A stretch of 64,000 nt of DNA from Promethearchaeota archaeon (lineage in GTDB: Archaea > Asgardarchaeota > Lokiarchaeia > Sigyniarchaeales > SOKP01): NCBI GenBank assembly GCA_019057865.1, contig JAHLWP010000007.1, positions 1 to 64,000 on the forward strand. The letters are read 5' to 3'. The notes under the pieces were generated by a model, which was given only the letters and a program-made list of their open reading frames with translations, did not search any database and had not been told where the DNA came from. Of the stretch, positions 49,029 to 60,202 are shown in pieces; position 1 is the first letter of the stretch; each line of letters opens with the position of its first letter. A program made the position numbers and the translations under genes.

Positions 49029-50222
49029 ATGGATGAGGATGAGTTCAGGAAACAATTCATGAAGAGATCTGTATTTAAGCAAGCTAGCTCTCTTGATCAA
49101 AGCTACGTGCCAGAAAAATTACATTGCCGGGATGAGGCTATAAAAACCTTAATTTACAATTTTAGGAGGATTACAGAAGAAAGTGATCAACCTTCAATTA
49201 ATATCTTATTAATTGGAAAAGGAGGAGTAGGAAAGACAGTTACTGCGAAATATTTTGGAAGGAATTTCAAAAGTATCGCATTAGAACGAGATGTTAATTT
49301 GTTTCTTGAATATTACAATTGCATTAATTTCAATTCAAAAAGTAAAATTATACGAGAATTATTGTCAAAATACACCCACGGAAGCGGCAGAGGCTTTAGC
49401 GATGATGAGGCAATAAAATTAATACTTTCTCAACTAATAAGAGAAAAGGGTTATATGCTACTAATTATCGACGAAGTTTTTCGTTTAAAACCAGAGGATA
49501 TTTTAGCTTTTCTTGACATTGCCGAAACTTTTGGTCATCAAAATGCAAAATTATCATTAATAATAATTTCAAGAACTCATGATTGGATGACAGTTGAAAC
49601 TGAAAGAATTTTAAGCAGATTAAATCAAAAAATTGAACTTAAACCCTATAATTATGATGAAGCTAAGCAGATTTTAGATTATAGAAGTGAACTTGCTTTG
49701 AAGGAAAATATAATTAATGACGATCTTCTAGAAATGATTGCTGAAATAGTATCAGAACATCAAAATATGCGTCACGGTATTGAAATATTAAGGAAAAGCG
49801 GGTTATATTGTGATAAAGAGGGATTAGAACATTTCACTCCTGAGATAGTGAGAGAAGCATCCAATGAAGTGTATCCTACATTTAGAGGAGATGTTATTGA
49901 TCTACTAAAAGATCAAGAACTTTTAGCTTTATATGGAATAGTGAGAGCTTTGAAAAATACTGATGAACCATGTACATTGGTTGATGAAGCTTACGAGGAA
50001 TATCAAGTAATATGTGAAAACTATTCCATTGAACCTCATGTTAAAATGAGTTTTAGGAAATATGTTCGTCACCTTGATGAGCTAAAAATAATTACTTCCA
50101 AAACAGTAAGGATAGAAGAAGCTCAGAGAGGCAGACATAAAGAAATTGGATTATTGGATATACCCGCTGTGAAATTATCTGAATTATTAGAAGGTCTTTT
50201 TGAGAGAAAATTTTTGAATTAA
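49029..50222 (+). CDS. cdc6: Orc1/Cdc6 replication initiator
   Basis: YVPEKLHCRD, GKGGVGKT, IIDE, PYNYDE, C-terminal winged helix with RGR wing. Confidence 0.9.
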   Translation: MDEDEFRKQFMKRSVFKQASSLDQSYVPEKLHCRDEAIKTLIYNFRRITEESDQPSINILLIGKGGVGKTVTAKYFGRNFKSIALERDVNLFLEYYNCINFNSKSKIIRELLSKYTHGSGRGFSDDEAIKLILSQLIREKGYMLLIIDEVFRLKPEDILAFLDIAETFGHQNAKLSLIIISRTHDWMTVETERILSRLNQKIELKPYNYDEAKQILDYRSELALKENIINDDLLEMIAEIVSEHQNMRHGIEILRKSGLYCDKEGLEHFTPEIVREASNEVYPTFRGDVIDLLKDQELLALYGIVRALKNTDEPCTLVDEAYEEYQVICENYSIEPHVKMSFRKYVRHLDELKIITSKTVRIEEAQRGRHKEIGLLDIPAVKLSELLEGLFERKFLN

Positions 50223-50327
50223 TACTAATTATGTTCTAAATTGTTTATTACTCTTTGATTTTATTAATAATTCTATGTTTGAATTTAACTTAGATAATTT
50301 TATGGATTATATCTCAAACTTTAATTT

Positions 50328-50558
50328 TTAAAATCCTTCTTTCTCAGATTTGGATTTACTATACCACTCCAACCATTCTTTGCGACGATTTTTTCTTTGT
50401 TGCGATTCATCGGCCTCTATAAAATTCTCACTTCTTATTTTCTTCCAATAATTATCTAACTCAAACCGAGATAAGGATAATCCACATGATTGACAAACCA
50501 TTGCTTTGGTATTTGGAATGTACTTCATCTTTCCTCCACATTCTGGACAGCGACTCAT
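50328..50558 (-). CDS. Small zinc-ribbon protein
   Basis: CPECGG...CQSCG. Confidence 0.7.
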   Translation of the reverse strand: MSRCPECGGKMKYIPNTKAMVCQSCGLSLSRFELDNYWKKIRSENFIEADESQQRKNRRKEWLEWYSKSKSEKEGF

Positions 50559-50691
50559 AATTTTTCTACTTTTTTTTTAAATTATTTTTTCTCTCAAGTT
50601 AATTAATAGAGTTAAATAATGTTAAAATATTTTTTTGTCTTAAATTATAAATTTTATATATTACAACTAAATAAGTAGAAATTTTTATTAA

Positions 50692-51933
50692 GTGAAAAAT
50701 TTGAAATCAGATGTGTTTTATTTTACAGCCCGGACTCAAAGTCATGAAGAAAGCATGAGTAAGGTTAAAGGACCATTAGCATTAGAAAAACTTGGAATTA
50801 AGCAAAAAATTAAAAATGGAGATAAAATCGTTATTAAAACTCACTTTGGGGCACTTGACAACACGCGATATCTTCGTCCAAGTTACATTAGATTTTTATG
50901 TGATTATATAAAAGAGTTGGGTGGAATTCCTGCTGTAGCAGAATCATGCGGATGGGGATTACCCGAAAGCATCTCAGGAATTCATACAGAATATAGCGGT
51001 CGTGCAAATGAGAAAGAATACCTAAATGTGGCATTACAACATGGATTTACGGAAGAAACGATGGGTGCTCCAATATTAATGCTTGATGGTCCCATGGGAA
51101 TAGATTATGAACTTCAAAAGATTAATGGAAAACGATTTAAAGAGGTATTAGTAGCAGGACGTTTGAGAGAATTTGACTATATGGTTATGGCTACTCACTT
51201 TAAAGGACATCCCGGTGCAGGCTTCGGAGGTACTTTGAAGAACTTAGGTATAGGGTCTGTCGCCAAGGGTCAAAAAATCCGAGCTCATCTTGGTACAACC
51301 TTTGATTATGATTTAAGTAAATGTGTTAAAGACTGTGATAAATGTATAAAAGTTTGTCCTACTGGTGCTTTAAGTAAAGGACCAGATAAAATTCTTAAGA
51401 AGGATTGGAATAAATGTCGTTATTGTTATATGTGTAGATCAATATGTGATAAAGGTGTGATTAGTGCTGGATCATCTACAAGAGAGGATTTTATTACTAG
51501 ATTCATTGACAATGCCAAGGGAGTAGTGGATTATTTCGGAAAAGATAAAATATTCTATGTTAATTATGCTATAGATATAACGTATCAGTGTGATTGTTCA
51601 GGAGGGTCAGATGTCCCATTTGTTCCAGACATAGGGATTTTAGCTTCTTTGGATCCTGTTGCTTTGGACCAAGCAACGGCGGATTTAATTCATAAATCTT
51701 CAATTAGTCCTCAATCAGTTCTTTCTGATGTAAAAAATATTCCAACACAAGGACCTTTTGAGTGGCTTTCATACCTCCCTCGTTTTGATCCAGAATCAGG
51801 CGAATTTGACTTTAATCAAGATGGAAAAGAATCAAAACATTGGGAATTGCAACTAAAATTAGCTGAGGAAATTGACCTAGGTAATAGAAATTACAATTTA
51901 ATTAAAGTTAATATAGAAAAAAAAGAAAAGTAA
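50692..51933 (+). CDS. DUF362 protein with 4Fe-4S ferredoxin insert
   Basis: IKTHFG, THFKGH, GFGGTLKNLGIG, CDC, DPVALDQA. Confidence 0.88.
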   Translation: MKNLKSDVFYFTARTQSHEESMSKVKGPLALEKLGIKQKIKNGDKIVIKTHFGALDNTRYLRPSYIRFLCDYIKELGGIPAVAESCGWGLPESISGIHTEYSGRANEKEYLNVALQHGFTEETMGAPILMLDGPMGIDYELQKINGKRFKEVLVAGRLREFDYMVMATHFKGHPGAGFGGTLKNLGIGSVAKGQKIRAHLGTTFDYDLSKCVKDCDKCIKVCPTGALSKGPDKILKKDWNKCRYCYMCRSICDKGVISAGSSTREDFITRFIDNAKGVVDYFGKDKIFYVNYAIDITYQCDCSGGSDVPFVPDIGILASLDPVALDQATADLIHKSSISPQSVLSDVKNIPTQGPFEWLSYLPRFDPESGEFDFNQDGKESKHWELQLKLAEEIDLGNRNYNLIKVNIEKKEK

Positions 51934-51934
51934 T

Positions 51935-52411
51935 TTAAAGAAAAGCATTCCACGTGGAGAGGATATCATCTTTTCCAACTTCGAATTTCTTTTCAAATTT
52001 ATTAAAGTTAAGATGAGCAACCATTCCATCATCCCATATAGCATTGATATCTTTGGCAATTGCTCTTACATGATCTTCATTATTAGTATAAATATCTATT
52101 TTGTCAACATGATTATCTTCACTACGAAAATTTCTCCCAGATGTTTTATCAGCTACTTCGACGTAAATATTTATTCCAGGTGCTATATAATAATAGCCGC
52201 TACTTCTACCACTACCACTAAAAGATTCATCCATTTTGCTTGAAGGATCAATACTAGTCATCCAATTTTCTAATTCATATGCAATATCTGGTTTTATTTT
52301 TGAAAATTTCCATTTAATTTCTCTTGGTTGCGCATAAAAAGTATATTTTGGCAGATCAGTTAACCCTAATTTCTTAGCTTCTTTTTGAAGTTTTTTTCCC
52401 ATAGTTTTCAC
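51935..52411 (-). CDS. Hypothetical protein (tandem paralogue)
   Basis: 158 aa, highly similar to 52540..53016. Confidence 0.75.
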   Translation of the reverse strand: MKTMGKKLQKEAKKLGLTDLPKYTFYAQPREIKWKFSKIKPDIAYELENWMTSIDPSSKMDESFSGSGRSSGYYYIAPGINIYVEVADKTSGRNFRSEDNHVDKIDIYTNNEDHVRAIAKDINAIWDDGMVAHLNFNKFEKKFEVGKDDILSTWNAFL

Positions 52412-52539
52412 CCATTTAATTTATTTTTTAGTTAATTGGTGATTAATAATAAGTTATATGGAAATTTAAATCTCTTTTCATAAAAATTTAAAATACTAAA
52501 GAAGAAACTTGATTAAATTTAATATAAAAAAAAAATAAT

Positions 52540-53016
52540 TTAAAGAAAAGTATTCCAAGTGGACATGGCATCTTCTTTTCCAACTTTGAACTTCTTTTCA
52601 AGTTTTTCAAAGTTAAGATGAGGTATCATTCCATCATCCCATATAGCATTAATGTCTTTGGCAATTGCTCTTACATGCTCTTCGTTATTTGTATAAATAT
52701 CGAATTTGACGACTTGTTTATCTGCGTTATACATAGTAAACCGTGATTTAGCAAACAATCTACTAGTTACTTCGGCGAAGGTATTTATTCCAGGTGCTAG
52801 ATAAAAATATTCAGTAGTTCTACCAGAAGTATCATCCATTTTGGTTGAAGGATCAATACTAGTTATCCAATTTTCTACTACATATGCAATATCTGGTTTT
52901 ACTTTTGAAAATTGCGCTTTAACTTTTTTTGGTTGGCAATAAAATGTATATTTTGGGAGATTCATTAACCCTAATTGCATAGCTTCTTTTTTAGTTCCTT
53001 TTCCCATAGTTTTCAC
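52540..53016 (-). CDS. Hypothetical protein (tandem paralogue)
   Basis: 158 aa; shares LPKYTFY, APGIN and IYTNNE.HVRAIAKDINAIWDDGM. Confidence 0.75.
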   Translation of the reverse strand: MKTMGKGTKKEAMQLGLMNLPKYTFYCQPKKVKAQFSKVKPDIAYVVENWITSIDPSTKMDDTSGRTTEYFYLAPGINTFAEVTSRLFAKSRFTMYNADKQVVKFDIYTNNEEHVRAIAKDINAIWDDGMIPHLNFEKLEKKFKVGKEDAMSTWNTFL

Positions 53017-53160
53017 CCTTTTTATTTACTTTTTGAATTTGTTTTTCAATTAAAAGGTGATTAATATTAATTTATATAGGCTTATAAATTTCTTTTTATA
53101 TAAATCAAAATATTTAGATTATTTAAGAAATTAAAGTTAAAAAAAAACCAATAAAATTAT

Positions 53161-54501
53161 TTAGAAAGAAACAGTTAAATCTGAAAACACCATATATGGA
53201 AACAGCGAATTTGATGAAAATTCACGTTCTTTTGATATATATCGACAACTTTTAATCATTTCCAAAACATTTCCACTGACGTTTCCGAGTTTTATCGGGT
53301 TTTTGAATTCACCATTTTTTATATAATATCCATTTCTTATTTCCGCCCCGAAAAATCCTGATAATTCTTCAGGATTCAACCATGAAAATTTTTCTATATA
53401 ATAACCATCTTTTATATCCGAAATAATATCATCTAAAGACGTAGTTCCTGGCATAATTTGGAAATTACTGACTCCATTAATAACTGAGCCAGTTTCACTT
53501 CTTATTCCATTCCCAGTTGGCTCTTTGTCATTCAAAATTGCATATTTTTGATCATATAACCGTTTTTGGAATATACCGTTTTTTATCACTTCTGTTTTCT
53601 GATGAGGATTTCCTTCCCCATCCCAAGGGTTAGATTTTAATCCCCCTTCAAGTAATCCATCATCTATAATTGTGATTTCATCAGATGCCACCTTATCATT
53701 GATATTATAAGAAGAAACCTTCTCACTAAATGCTCTTCCTAATACTTGAAATCCAATTACAGGAATAATAGCTTCTCTTAAGACATGTGGTGGGAATATT
53801 ACAATTGCTTCTTTATTAGGTTTGGGTGGTTCTGCTATTAAAGTATCTTTTGCTATTTGAGCCCAATTCTCAACTCTTTTCTTAAAATTTAAATGTTCTT
53901 TTTCTTTGAAATATTCTGTAGTCCAATATTCAGATAATTTCCCATTTCCCTGTGCCTTCAATGAATGCTCTAGATAAAAGAATGTTTTTATAGAATCAAG
54001 ATTTACTCCATTACTATTTCTTAAGTAATTATTATTAATGTGTACTCTTAATCGACCAAAGGTGGGAACCACATTCTTTTGGTCTTCAACTAAACTCATT
54101 AATTCTTCACAAAGATCATTCTTTGTCCCTATTGGATCTTTTAATATCGTTTTATTAGCTATAACTGTACTTGATATTGGTTTCTCTTCTGGAAATTGAT
54201 ACCTCGAAGAAATATTATTTTTAGAAAGTAAATAGCAGGTATCTATATTTTTATTTATTTCTTTTGAATCCAAAGAATTTCCTTTAACAACACCTACTCC
54301 CGTCTGATCTCCTTTTTGAGTAAGGACTCGTATAAAATACTCAAAATCTTCAACTTCTCTCTCTGTTTCTGGCTTATTTTTTAAGAAAATTGTTTCATAG
54401 ATTTCTTTTTCGACAAAAAAGATTTCATATTCTTTAATATTTTTCGCTTTAAGATTTTTTTCAATCAAATCAATTTTTACATTTATCATCTTTAATATCA
54501 C
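53161..54501 (-). CDS. pmbA: TldE/PmbA family protein
   Basis: IIDDG...PWDGEG, PTGNG; overlaps tldD by 4 nt. Confidence 0.85.
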   Translation of the reverse strand: MILKMINVKIDLIEKNLKAKNIKEYEIFFVEKEIYETIFLKNKPETEREVEDFEYFIRVLTQKGDQTGVGVVKGNSLDSKEINKNIDTCYLLSKNNISSRYQFPEEKPISSTVIANKTILKDPIGTKNDLCEELMSLVEDQKNVVPTFGRLRVHINNNYLRNSNGVNLDSIKTFFYLEHSLKAQGNGKLSEYWTTEYFKEKEHLNFKKRVENWAQIAKDTLIAEPPKPNKEAIVIFPPHVLREAIIPVIGFQVLGRAFSEKVSSYNINDKVASDEITIIDDGLLEGGLKSNPWDGEGNPHQKTEVIKNGIFQKRLYDQKYAILNDKEPTGNGIRSETGSVINGVSNFQIMPGTTSLDDIISDIKDGYYIEKFSWLNPEELSGFFGAEIRNGYYIKNGEFKNPIKLGNVSGNVLEMIKSCRYISKEREFSSNSLFPYMVFSDLTVSF

Positions 54502-55880
54502 CCCGGACTAATTAATGCTTCTTTAATTCGAACGTATGTACCTCCACTCCCCACGGGAACGTGATCTTCGGCGCCTTTACCGCAGGTCCCCCCATCTATT
54601 TCTATAGATCCCTTACTAATGGCATCAATTTTAGGTAATGTTTCCAATACGGCGCCACTTAATAATACTGACTTTAGCAATTTGGTTTTTTCTCCATTTT
54701 CGATTAAATAACCCTTCTTAGAGCTATTCTGCATAGCTCCACCGAGTGGATCCTCCATACCGAAGTATCCATGGACCAACATCACTCCATATTTGATTTC
54801 CTTAATCATTTCATCAAGCGAGTAATCTCCGGGTTCAAAATAAGTATTTGTCATCCTTGGATGAACTGGATGAGCAAAACTTTCCCTTCTTCCGTTCCCC
54901 TTTGGAATGGCATTTAATGCGGAAGCAGTTCTTCTATCATATATGAAATCTTTCAATATTCCATTTTTAACCAATATATTTTCACCTGCTTTAATCCCCT
55001 CATCATCAAAAAAGTATGACCCAATAGTACCTTCAATTGTTGGTGAATCACAAATAGTACAAATTTCGGATGCAACTTTTTGATTTAATTTTTCTTTTAA
55101 ATAACTCCTTTCGCGTATAACTTGATCTGCTTCAAGACCATGTCCAAAACTTTCATGTGCTATCATTCCTGCCATAGTGGGATCTATAATAACAACATAT
55201 TTTCCCGAAGGAGCTAATTCTGCTTTTAGCATTTCCAAAGAATTTTGACAAATTTTATCTAACTTATTATTATCAATCTTATCAAAAATTTCAAAGCCTA
55301 TTTCACCAGAATCCTTATAATAATCAAAATCTGCAACAGGACCTTCTTTCGCAATAGGAATAATATAAAGGTTAGTCCTTGGAATTACTTGTCTTAATTG
55401 ACAGCCTTCGTTGTTAAAAAAAATCCGTTCTGTATATTGTTCCATGTATTTAAGTTGTGAATTAATTATTCGTTCATCAAATTTCATAACATAGTCATAG
55501 ATAAATCTGATTTTCTGGATTTTCTCATCAATGGGAACTTCAAGTGGATTGATTTTCGGTTTGACTTCTTTATTTAGTTTCCATCCTTCATATTCTTTAA
55601 GATCTTTACCTAGATTTGAAACTCTGGGTAATTTTTCTTCGATTTTTTCTATATCTGAAAATTCAGTTACAGTTGTCTCTTTCCATGTTCCTGTGAATGT
55701 TCTCGCTACTATCCCTGATTTTTTTGCATTAACAACAATATTTTCTGATGTACGCGTTTTTGTAATTAAAACAGATGATTTGGAATCATAAAGCACATCG
55801 AAATATTGATTACTTCTTTTATAGCTATTAGAGACCTCTTCAAAAATAGAAAATATCTCTTCGAATGATTTCTCACTCAT
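54498..55880 (-). CDS. tldD: TldD family metalloprotease
   Basis: HESFGHGLEAD, FFDDEG, GNGRRE, PRMTNTY, CGKG. Confidence 0.92.
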   Translation of the reverse strand: MSEKSFEEIFSIFEEVSNSYKRSNQYFDVLYDSKSSVLITKTRTSENIVVNAKKSGIVARTFTGTWKETTVTEFSDIEKIEEKLPRVSNLGKDLKEYEGWKLNKEVKPKINPLEVPIDEKIQKIRFIYDYVMKFDERIINSQLKYMEQYTERIFFNNEGCQLRQVIPRTNLYIIPIAKEGPVADFDYYKDSGEIGFEIFDKIDNNKLDKICQNSLEMLKAELAPSGKYVVIIDPTMAGMIAHESFGHGLEADQVIRERSYLKEKLNQKVASEICTICDSPTIEGTIGSYFFDDEGIKAGENILVKNGILKDFIYDRRTASALNAIPKGNGRRESFAHPVHPRMTNTYFEPGDYSLDEMIKEIKYGVMLVHGYFGMEDPLGGAMQNSSKKGYLIENGEKTKLLKSVLLSGAVLETLPKIDAISKGSIEIDGGTCGKGAEDHVPVGSGGTYVRIKEALISPG

Positions 55881-55964
55881 ATTTAACCAATTTAGAAAAG
55901 AAATTAATTATTTAATTTGGTTACAATTATGATATATTTAAAACCTTCTTATTTCACTTAAAAC

Positions 55965-57410
55965 TTATTCAATATCAAGAATTTTTTTTATAAGCTTTTT
56001 CTTTTCTTCTAAGTTTGCTTGACGCGAAATCATGATTCTTTGCGTCATGGGGCTACCTGCTCCATGCATAGATTCTGTTCTATAACTCACAGAGGCAACA
56101 CCCATAGTTAAATTTTCAATAAATCGTAAAAGCTTATAGCGATCATCAGGGCTTATCCCTTCACATGTAGAGAGATATTTGCTTATTAAGGGTCCAATTT
56201 CTTCAGATTTGAAGTCTGCCTCTGAAGGTAGTGTACAAATAATTCCTCCGGCAATATCTTCAGCTAATCGTCCAATTTCATAGGGAAAACGAGTTACATT
56301 TTGTTTACATACATTTGCTAATAGCATATCCATTTCATAATTTCCTGCCTCTCTTTGGAATCCTAAGGAGCTACATGCTATTCCACAACTATAAAGTGTT
56401 TCATTTAGGTGTACCATCTCAACTAACTTATCTCGAATATGAGAAGCTCTTTCTGTCCCATTATATTCTGATATTAGGGCTGATGCTCCAATTAACACGT
56501 CTCCGACTCCAACTTTACAGCCACCATATGATTGGCGATGGAATCCTGCAAAACGGTTAACTAGATCTCCTGAAAATTTGACTTCGCCTTTCATAAAGAT
56601 ATTTTCATTAGGTATAAAAACATTATCAAAAATTACGAATATCTCTTGTCCTCCATATTTATAATTTCCTATATCTAATTTTCCTTCCTCCATTTTACGA
56701 GTATCACATGATTGTCTTCCATAAACTAATGTTATTCCTTTTTCATTTGTGTCAACTCCAAAACTTATTGCATAATCCTCCTCACCTGGACGTAATGTAA
56801 GAGTAGGCATAATAATAGCTTTATGCGAATTTAAAAATCCTGTTTGATGTACTTTTGCTCCACGAACGATAATTCCTTCATCATTTTCATCTACGATACG
56901 TAAGTAAGCATCCGGATCAGGTTGTTGAGCAGGTCTTTTACTACGATCTCCCTTTGTGTCAGTCATAGCACCGTCAACCATTAAATCTTGGTTCTGAACC
57001 TCAATCCAATACTTTTTAAATCTTTCATGGTAATTAGTGCCTATATTCTCATCTATTTCATAAGTAACACTATATAATGCATTTGCGGCATCAAATCCCA
57101 CACATCGTTGAAAACAACAGGCCGTTTGTTGACCTAATAACCTTTGCATCTTAATTTTTTTGATTAAATCATCTACAGATTGATGAATATGAGTAAAACG
57201 ATTGATAATTTCACCAGTTAAATGAGAAGTTGCTGTCAATAAATCTTTATATTCCTCTTTTTGAGCTAGTTCATAAATTTTCATAACTGTATTAATTGAA
57301 GGTTGAATAATAGGATGATTCCAAAATTCTTTGATTTTTTCTCCAAACATATATAAATTTACTGGTCTTTTTATGCTTTCCAAATATTCTTCCGATGTTT
57401 TTAACGGCAA
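55965..57410 (-). CDS. abfD: 4-hydroxybutyryl-CoA dehydratase / vinylacetyl-CoA isomerase
   Basis: CFQRCVGFDA, MTDTKGDRS, GAKVHQTG, HRQSYGGCK, ESMHGAGSP. Confidence 0.9.
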   Translation of the reverse strand: MPLKTSEEYLESIKRPVNLYMFGEKIKEFWNHPIIQPSINTVMKIYELAQKEEYKDLLTATSHLTGEIINRFTHIHQSVDDLIKKIKMQRLLGQQTACCFQRCVGFDAANALYSVTYEIDENIGTNYHERFKKYWIEVQNQDLMVDGAMTDTKGDRSKRPAQQPDPDAYLRIVDENDEGIIVRGAKVHQTGFLNSHKAIIMPTLTLRPGEEDYAISFGVDTNEKGITLVYGRQSCDTRKMEEGKLDIGNYKYGGQEIFVIFDNVFIPNENIFMKGEVKFSGDLVNRFAGFHRQSYGGCKVGVGDVLIGASALISEYNGTERASHIRDKLVEMVHLNETLYSCGIACSSLGFQREAGNYEMDMLLANVCKQNVTRFPYEIGRLAEDIAGGIICTLPSEADFKSEEIGPLISKYLSTCEGISPDDRYKLLRFIENLTMGVASVSYRTESMHGAGSPMTQRIMISRQANLEEKKKLIKKILDIE

Positions 57411-57578
57411 TTTTCTTAATCACCAATTTAAAAATATGTATCTTAATTTAATTTAAGAAGTTAATATTAATTAAAAGTAATCTTAATAAATCTAAGGCTA
57501 AAATCAGAAAATATAAAGATTAATTAAGAAGAAATTTAAAACTGTTAATTTTTTCGGGGAATCAAGAACTAAAATAGG

Positions 57579-58529
57579 TTATTTTTCTTGACTAGATTTT
57601 TTATCAATGAATTCGTTAACATCTGGATTTTTTGTCAAAACATTTGATTTTTGTTCAATAACACTTATTCTTTTTTCTAAAATTGTCATTGATTCAATGA
57701 TATTGTCAATTTTTTTATTAATATTTTTCATTTCATTTTGGATTTCTCCTAATTGATTGAGGGTAAATTTAATCAACTCAGGTTCTTTTACGGGTTCAAT
57801 CAACCATTTAAATATATTAGTTATTAACAATTGATTATCTAGTTGATTCAAACCAATATTAGAATCGTTTGTAAATATATCTATATCTCCCAGTGCGACT
57901 ACTCTACCTTGACCATATTCAGTATATGCTCCTACAATTTTTTCTTCCTCTTCTTCCTCTCTAATCCATTTTTCATTAGAACTATTATATTTCTCTGACC
58001 ACACTTTTTTTTTATTTGTTAATAATAAAGGTTTAGCATCCCTACTCAAGGATAGGGAACAAGCTCCTCCAATTATAACTTCTCTTAACCCATTTCCTAT
58101 CTGTTTATTATTAAATCTTTGAATTTGTACTATACTTGTACTATTGTGGTTCACACTATTTAGTTCTTTTATTAAATTTTTCTGGAAATATATTCCAAAA
58201 TGCGTTCCTGATATATCATTAAGATTTGTTTTTTGTAAATAATCTGCTCCATATTCACTTAAAATTAGTAAATTACCACCAATTCGGACAAAATCAACAA
58301 TAGCTTTAATCTCAATATTCGAAAAATAATCATCTATAGGATTTCCTATAATTAAGATATCTATATCTTGTAATAATTCCTGAGATAAATCTCTATTCTC
58401 ATTTTTCGTAATTTTAGTATTAAATCTCTGGAGAAGTTTAAAGAATTCAGAAAATTCCTCCTCTTCAATATTTAACATCTCGTTATGACTCAAATCAATA
58501 AGTGTAGTAGTTTTTTTCAGAAAAGGCAT
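57579..58529 (-). CDS. GIFT (GldG/IFT52-like) domain protein with C-terminal coiled coil
   Basis: LIDLSHNE, FSNIEIKAIVDFVRIGGNLLILSEYG...TNLN, GRVVALGDIDIF, DNQLLITNIFKWL. Confidence 0.7.
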   Translation of the reverse strand: MPFLKKTTTLIDLSHNEMLNIEEEEFSEFFKLLQRFNTKITKNENRDLSQELLQDIDILIIGNPIDDYFSNIEIKAIVDFVRIGGNLLILSEYGADYLQKTNLNDISGTHFGIYFQKNLIKELNSVNHNSTSIVQIQRFNNKQIGNGLREVIIGGACSLSLSRDAKPLLLTNKKKVWSEKYNSSNEKWIREEEEEEKIVGAYTEYGQGRVVALGDIDIFTNDSNIGLNQLDNQLLITNIFKWLIEPVKEPELIKFTLNQLGEIQNEMKNINKKIDNIIESMTILEKRISVIEQKSNVLTKNPDVNEFIDKKSSQEK

Positions 58530-58729
58530 TTTTGATAATACTTAGTTTGTTAAAATAAGTCTAAAATCTTAAAGAAAATTCTAATATAAAAATTATTACA
58601 TATAAAGCCACTAACTAAAAACTTTTTAAATCTTAATGTATAATGATTTTTGGAACACACATTTAACAAATCTTTAGGAGACTTGGAATTTAGAATTTAA
58701 AATATCAAATCTTGATGTGAATTGCTGGA

Positions 58730-60052
58730 ATGAATGTTATGAGTGAGGATAATAATACAATTGCTTTAATTGGACTTTCTTGGGGGGACGAAGGGAAGGG
58801 CAAAATGACGGATTATTTTGCACAGAAAGCAGATATCGTTGTAAGATATAATGGAGGAAGCAACGCAGGACATACAATTAATGCTAATGGTATTAAGTAT
58901 AAATTTAAATTAATACCATCAGGAGCTCCATTAGAGAAGGAGGTCATTATTGCTAATGGATGTGTCATTGATCCTAAAATATTACTCGAAGAAATTGAAA
59001 ATTTAAAAAAATTAAAGAAAAAAGTTAATCTTAAGTTAAGTTCCACTGCCCATGTAATCTTTCCTTTCCATAAGATATTGGATGGACTTGAAGAAACTTC
59101 CAAGGGTGAATATAGAGCGGGGACCACTAAAAGAGGAATCGGTCCTACATATTCAGATAAAGCAGCACGTTGGGGAATTAGGATTTTTGATTTAATTCAT
59201 CCAGAAATATTAAAACCAAAATTAGAAAAACTATTTAAAATAAGGAAAGAATTAATTAGAGTTTATGATCCTAATTGGGATGCTGATTTCGAATCAATAT
59301 ATAATGAATATAAATCTTATGGAGAACAATTAAAATCTTATGTTATCGATACAGCATATTATTTGAACAGGGCTGTTGATTCTGGAAAAAAGATTGTATT
59401 TGAGGCTGCACAGGGAAACTTGTTAGGTATAGACCATGGTATGTATCCTTTTGGAACGAGTTCTAATGCTAATGCTTTAGGTATAAGTGCTGGGACAGGA
59501 ATTCCTCCTAAAAAAATTAAAAATGTGTTTGGAATCATCAAAGCTTATACTTCGAGGGTTGGAGAGGGTAAATTTCCAACTGAATTAGTCAATGAAACAG
59601 CTGAAAAAATTCGAGAACAAGGTCATGAATATGGTACGGTTACCGGACGACCTAGAAGAGTTGGATGGATTGATCTTTTCAATATGAAATATGGAATAAT
59701 GATCAATGGTATCGACAAGATTATTATAACGCTTTTAGATGCCTTACAAGGTGTAAATCCAGTTAAAATATGCACTACCTATGAATTAGAAGGCAAAATT
59801 TTAGAAAGTTGGCCTATTCAACATGAAATTATTGAAAAATGTGTCCCAATCTATAAAGAATTCAAAGGTTGGGATGAAAGAACAAGAGAAGATTGGTCAG
59901 AAATAGCGCGAGAGGGATATGATGCCTTACCAGAAAATATGAAAATATATATTAAAGCAATTCAAGAAGAATTGAAAACAGATGTTTCAATAATCTCTAT
60001 TGGTCCGGATCGTAATGATACCATTACATTATTTTCATCTAAACTGTTCTAA
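58730..60052 (+). CDS. purA: Adenylosuccinate synthetase
   Basis: WGDEGKGK, GGSNAGHT, GTTKRGIGPTY, GTVTGRPRRVGW. Confidence 0.96.
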   Translation: MNVMSEDNNTIALIGLSWGDEGKGKMTDYFAQKADIVVRYNGGSNAGHTINANGIKYKFKLIPSGAPLEKEVIIANGCVIDPKILLEEIENLKKLKKKVNLKLSSTAHVIFPFHKILDGLEETSKGEYRAGTTKRGIGPTYSDKAARWGIRIFDLIHPEILKPKLEKLFKIRKELIRVYDPNWDADFESIYNEYKSYGEQLKSYVIDTAYYLNRAVDSGKKIVFEAAQGNLLGIDHGMYPFGTSSNANALGISAGTGIPPKKIKNVFGIIKAYTSRVGEGKFPTELVNETAEKIREQGHEYGTVTGRPRRVGWIDLFNMKYGIMINGIDKIIITLLDALQGVNPVKICTTYELEGKILESWPIQHEIIEKCVPIYKEFKGWDERTREDWSEIAREGYDALPENMKIYIKAIQEELKTDVSIISIGPDRNDTITLFSSKLF

Positions 60053-60202
60053 ATTCACAATTTGGCTAAGGACTAATAAGAAGATAAGATTAAGTAATTT
60101 CATTCATATTATAAAGAAAGCTAGTAACGACCACTCAACAATAATAAAAATGATGAAAGATGCAAAACTTAGGAAGACGTCCCGTCCTTTATTTTACTAT
60201 GA

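Noticed and set aside
47983-50222. xerA + cdc6 as an integrated plasmid/provirus or a replication origin
   Set aside because: Neighbours are housekeeping genes. No att duplication of a tRNA and no convincing ORB repeats were seen; only a short TGATAA/TTATCA hairpin at 49011-49029.
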